A stretch of 64,000 bases of DNA from Penicillus capitatus (taxonomy: Eukaryota > Plantae > Chlorophyta): the NCBI GenBank assembly GCA_965649825.1, contig OZ287708.1, positions 670,780 through 734,779 of the forward strand, read 5' to 3'. A model generated the notes under the pieces. It was not told the DNA's origin, made no database searches, and saw only the letters and a program-made list of their open reading frames with translations. Below are positions 61,097 to 64,000 of this stretch, piece by piece (position 1 is the stretch's first letter; each line of letters starts with the position of its first letter). The position numbers and the translations under genes are program-made.

Positions 61097-64000
61097 TGAC
61101 TGCGGCCTCTTACCAGCAAAACGACAGGTAAGAAGACAGCCGCCTCGCATCCATAGCAAGACGGCAGGTAAAACGACTGCAGCGTCCAGGCAGTAGGGCA
61201 GCAGGTAAGGCGAGCGCCGCCACGCATCCACGGCGAGGCAGCAGTCAAGACGACTTCGCCAGGCTTAGAAGTCGCAGGTAATGCGACAGCCGCCTCGCAT
61301 CCACGGCGAGGCGGCAGGTATGACGGGTTCGGCCTCAGATCAACTCCAACCCGACAGATAAGGCGACTTCGTCTTCCGGGCTTAGAAGTCGCAGGTAATG
61401 CGACAGCCGCCTCGCATCCACGACGAGGCAGCAGGTAAGACGACTTCGTCTTCCGGGCTTAGAAGTCGCAGGTAATGCGACAGCCGCCTCGCATCCACGA
61501 CGAGGCAGCAGGTAAGACGACTTCGCCAGGCTTAGAAGTCGCAGGTAATGCGACAGCCGCCTCGCATACACGACGAGGCAGCAGGTAAGACGACTTCGCT
61601 AGGCTTCAAGGTCGCAGATGGTGCGACAGCCGCCTCGCATACACGACGAGGCAGCAGGTAAGACGACTTCGCTAGGCTTCAAGGTCGCAGATGGTGCGAC
61701 AGCCGCCTCGCATCTGCGGCGAGGCGGCAGGTAGGTCGACTTCGGCCTCCGGCATCCAAGTCGCAGGAAGGCGACAGCCGCCTCGCATCCACGACGAGGC
61801 GGCAGGTGGATCGGCTTCGGGCAGCAGGTCGCAGGAAGGCGACAGCCGCCTCGCATCCACGACGAGGCAGCAGGTAAGACGACTTCGCCAGGCTTAGAAG
61901 TCGCAGGTAATGCGACAGCCGCCTCGCATCCACGGCGAGGCGGCGGGTAAGACGACTTCGCCAGGCTTCAAGGTCGCAGATAGTGCGACAGCCGCCTCGC
62001 ATCCACGGCGAGGCGGCAGGTAAGACGACTTCGGCATCCAGCTCGCAGGTAAGAAGAGAGCCGCCTCGCATCCACAACGAGGCAGCAGGTAGATCGGCTT
62101 CATCCTCTGGGCGGCAGACGGCAGGTAGGTAGGCAGGTAGGTAGGTAGACAGCCGCCTCGCATCTACGACAAGGCGGCAAGTAGGACGACTGCGGCATCT
62201 AGACGTAAAGGTCGCAGGTGTATCGATAGCCGCCTTGCATCCAGGGCGAGACAGCAGGTATGACGACTGCAACCCCGATCGGCGAGGCCGCAGTTTTAGC
62301 GACAGTCGCCTCGCATCATCCTTTGTAAGGCGGCAGGTAGGTCGATAGACGCCTCCGATGATCGTCAAAGCGGCAAGTTTGCCGACAGCCGCCTCGTATC
62401 CACGGGGAGGCGGCAAGTAGGTTGACAGCTGCCTCACATTCACGACGAGGCAGCAGGTAAGACGACTTCGGCCTCTGGGCATCCAGGTCGCAGGTGGTGC
62501 GACAGCCGCCTCGCATCCGCGGCAAGGCGGCAGGTAGAGCGACTGCGGCCTCCGGGCTTCGACGTCGCAGGAAGTGCGACAGCCGCCTCGCATCCGCGGC
62601 AAGGCGGCAGGTAGATCGACATAGGCCTCCGGGCTTAAAGATCGCACGCAGGCAGTGCGACAGCCGCCTTGCATCCACGGCAAGGCGGCGAGTAAGATGA
62701 CTGCAGCGTTCAGGCAGCAAGCAGAGCAGCAGGTTAGGCGGCGGCTGCCTTGCATTCACAGCAAGGCAGCAAGTAGGTCCACTGCGGCCTTCGGGCTTCC
62801 CAGGTCGCAGGTAGGTCGACCGCCGCTTTACATTCGCAGCAAGGCGGCCAGTAGACGACAGGCTCCTCGTATTCTCGACGAGGCGGCAGGTAAGTCAGTT
62901 GCAGCGTCCAGGCAGTAGGGCGACAGGTAAGGCGACCTCCGCCTCGCATCCAGGGCGAGGCGGCAGGTAGATCGACTTCGGCATCCAGGTCGCAGTCAGC
63001 GCGACAGCCGCCTCGCATATCCGGCGAGGCGGGGCGTAAGACGACTGCTGCATCCAGGCAGTAGAGCAGCAGGTAAGGCGACCGCCGCCTCACATTCACG
63101 GCGTGGCGGCAAGTAGGACGACTGCGGCATCTAGACGTAAAGGTCGCAGGTGGATCGATAGCCGCCTTGCATCCAGGGCGAGACAGCAGGTATGACGACT
63201 GCGACCCCGATCAGCGAGGCCGCAGTTTTAGCGACAGCAGCCTTGCATCCACGGCGAGGCGGCAAGAGAGTCTTCGTCCTCCAGGCGGCAGATATGTAGA
63301 CAGCCTCCTCGCATCCACGGCAAGGCGATAGGTAGACAGACTTCGGCCTCCAGGCAGCACGGCAGAGGGAAAAATGACTGCGGTCTTCTGGTGACAAAAC
63401 GGCAGGTAGATCGGCAGTCGCCCCGCATACACGGGCGAGGCAGCAGATATGACGACTACGGCCTCAGATCAACTCCAAGTCGGCGGGTAGATTGACTTCG
63501 GGATCCGGGCATCCAGGTCGCAGGTAGTGCGACAGCCGCCTTGCATCCACGACGAGGCGGCGAGTCAGACGACTCCGACCTTCGGCCATCCAGGTCGCAG
63601 ACTGTTCGACAGCCGCCTCGCATCCACGGCAAGGCGGCAAGTAGACGACTGCCGCCTCGTATCCTCGACGAGGCGGCAGGTAGGTCGACAGAGTCCTCCG
63701 GTCTTCAATGTCGCAGGTAGAGCATCCGCCGCCTCGCATACACGGCGAGGCAGCAGGTAAGTCGATAGACGCCTCCAGTAATCTCCAAGAAGTCGGCAGG
63801 TGGAAAGAGCTGCAGCTTCCAGTCAGTACGGCAGCATGTAGAGAGACTCTGCAGCTTTCGATGAGCAGACGGCATGTTAGGATACTCCAGTCTTGAGGCG
63901 GTAAGACAAGCAGGTAGGACACGACAGCTCCGCACAGGAAGATCGACAGGTGGCATCCTCTGGACAGCAGAAAGCAGGTAAGACACGGCAGCCTCCGTGC
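61097..64000. repeat. GC-rich tandem satellite, unit 68-77 bp (mode 73), palindromic, continues off window
   Basis: GCGACAGCCGCCTCG unit starts at 61400, 61477, 61550, 61623, 61696, 61771, 61839, 61912 and 61985. Units become more diverged toward the right. Confidence 0.95.

Noticed and set aside
61679-62755. 358-aa ORF and other ORFs in the satellite as CDS
   Set aside because: The 73-bp unit is not a multiple of 3, so the same peptides cycle through all frames. Long frames reflect scarce stops in GC-rich repeats.
61097-64000. CRISPR array
   Set aside because: The inter-repeat segments are related variants of one another rather than unique spacers, there are no cas genes, and the context is eukaryotic.

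Overview
Eukaryotic nuclear DNA from a photosynthetic, probably flagellate-capable green alga. The taxon is inferred from plastid SecA, PPT, Rubisco LSMT, AFR/SAP30, B12D, DUF506 and CDC48B, plus ciliary ARMC9 and IFT139; the species cannot be named from sequence alone. Standard genetic code. Introns are short (mostly about 42-65 nt), GT-AG with a few GC-AG. About 33-35 genes are packed into the first 60.7 kb with very small spacers: same-strand stop-to-ATG gaps of 7-63 bp, divergent ATG-to-ATG gaps as small as about 8-46 bp, convergent stops 6 bp apart, and one 4-bp CTAG overlap. An accessory-looking block at 26.4-29.9 kb holds an intronless bacterial-type xylulokinase, a stand-alone Ty3/gypsy integrase-core gene with a degenerate DDE triad, and an orphan secreted Cys-rich protein. 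The last ~2.9 kb is a GC-rich ~73-bp satellite made of alternating hairpins joined by a GCAGGTAA motif, and it runs off the window. Gene models were spliced by eye, so several start codons and minor exon boundaries are approximate. No database searches were run, and family calls rest on recalled motifs.
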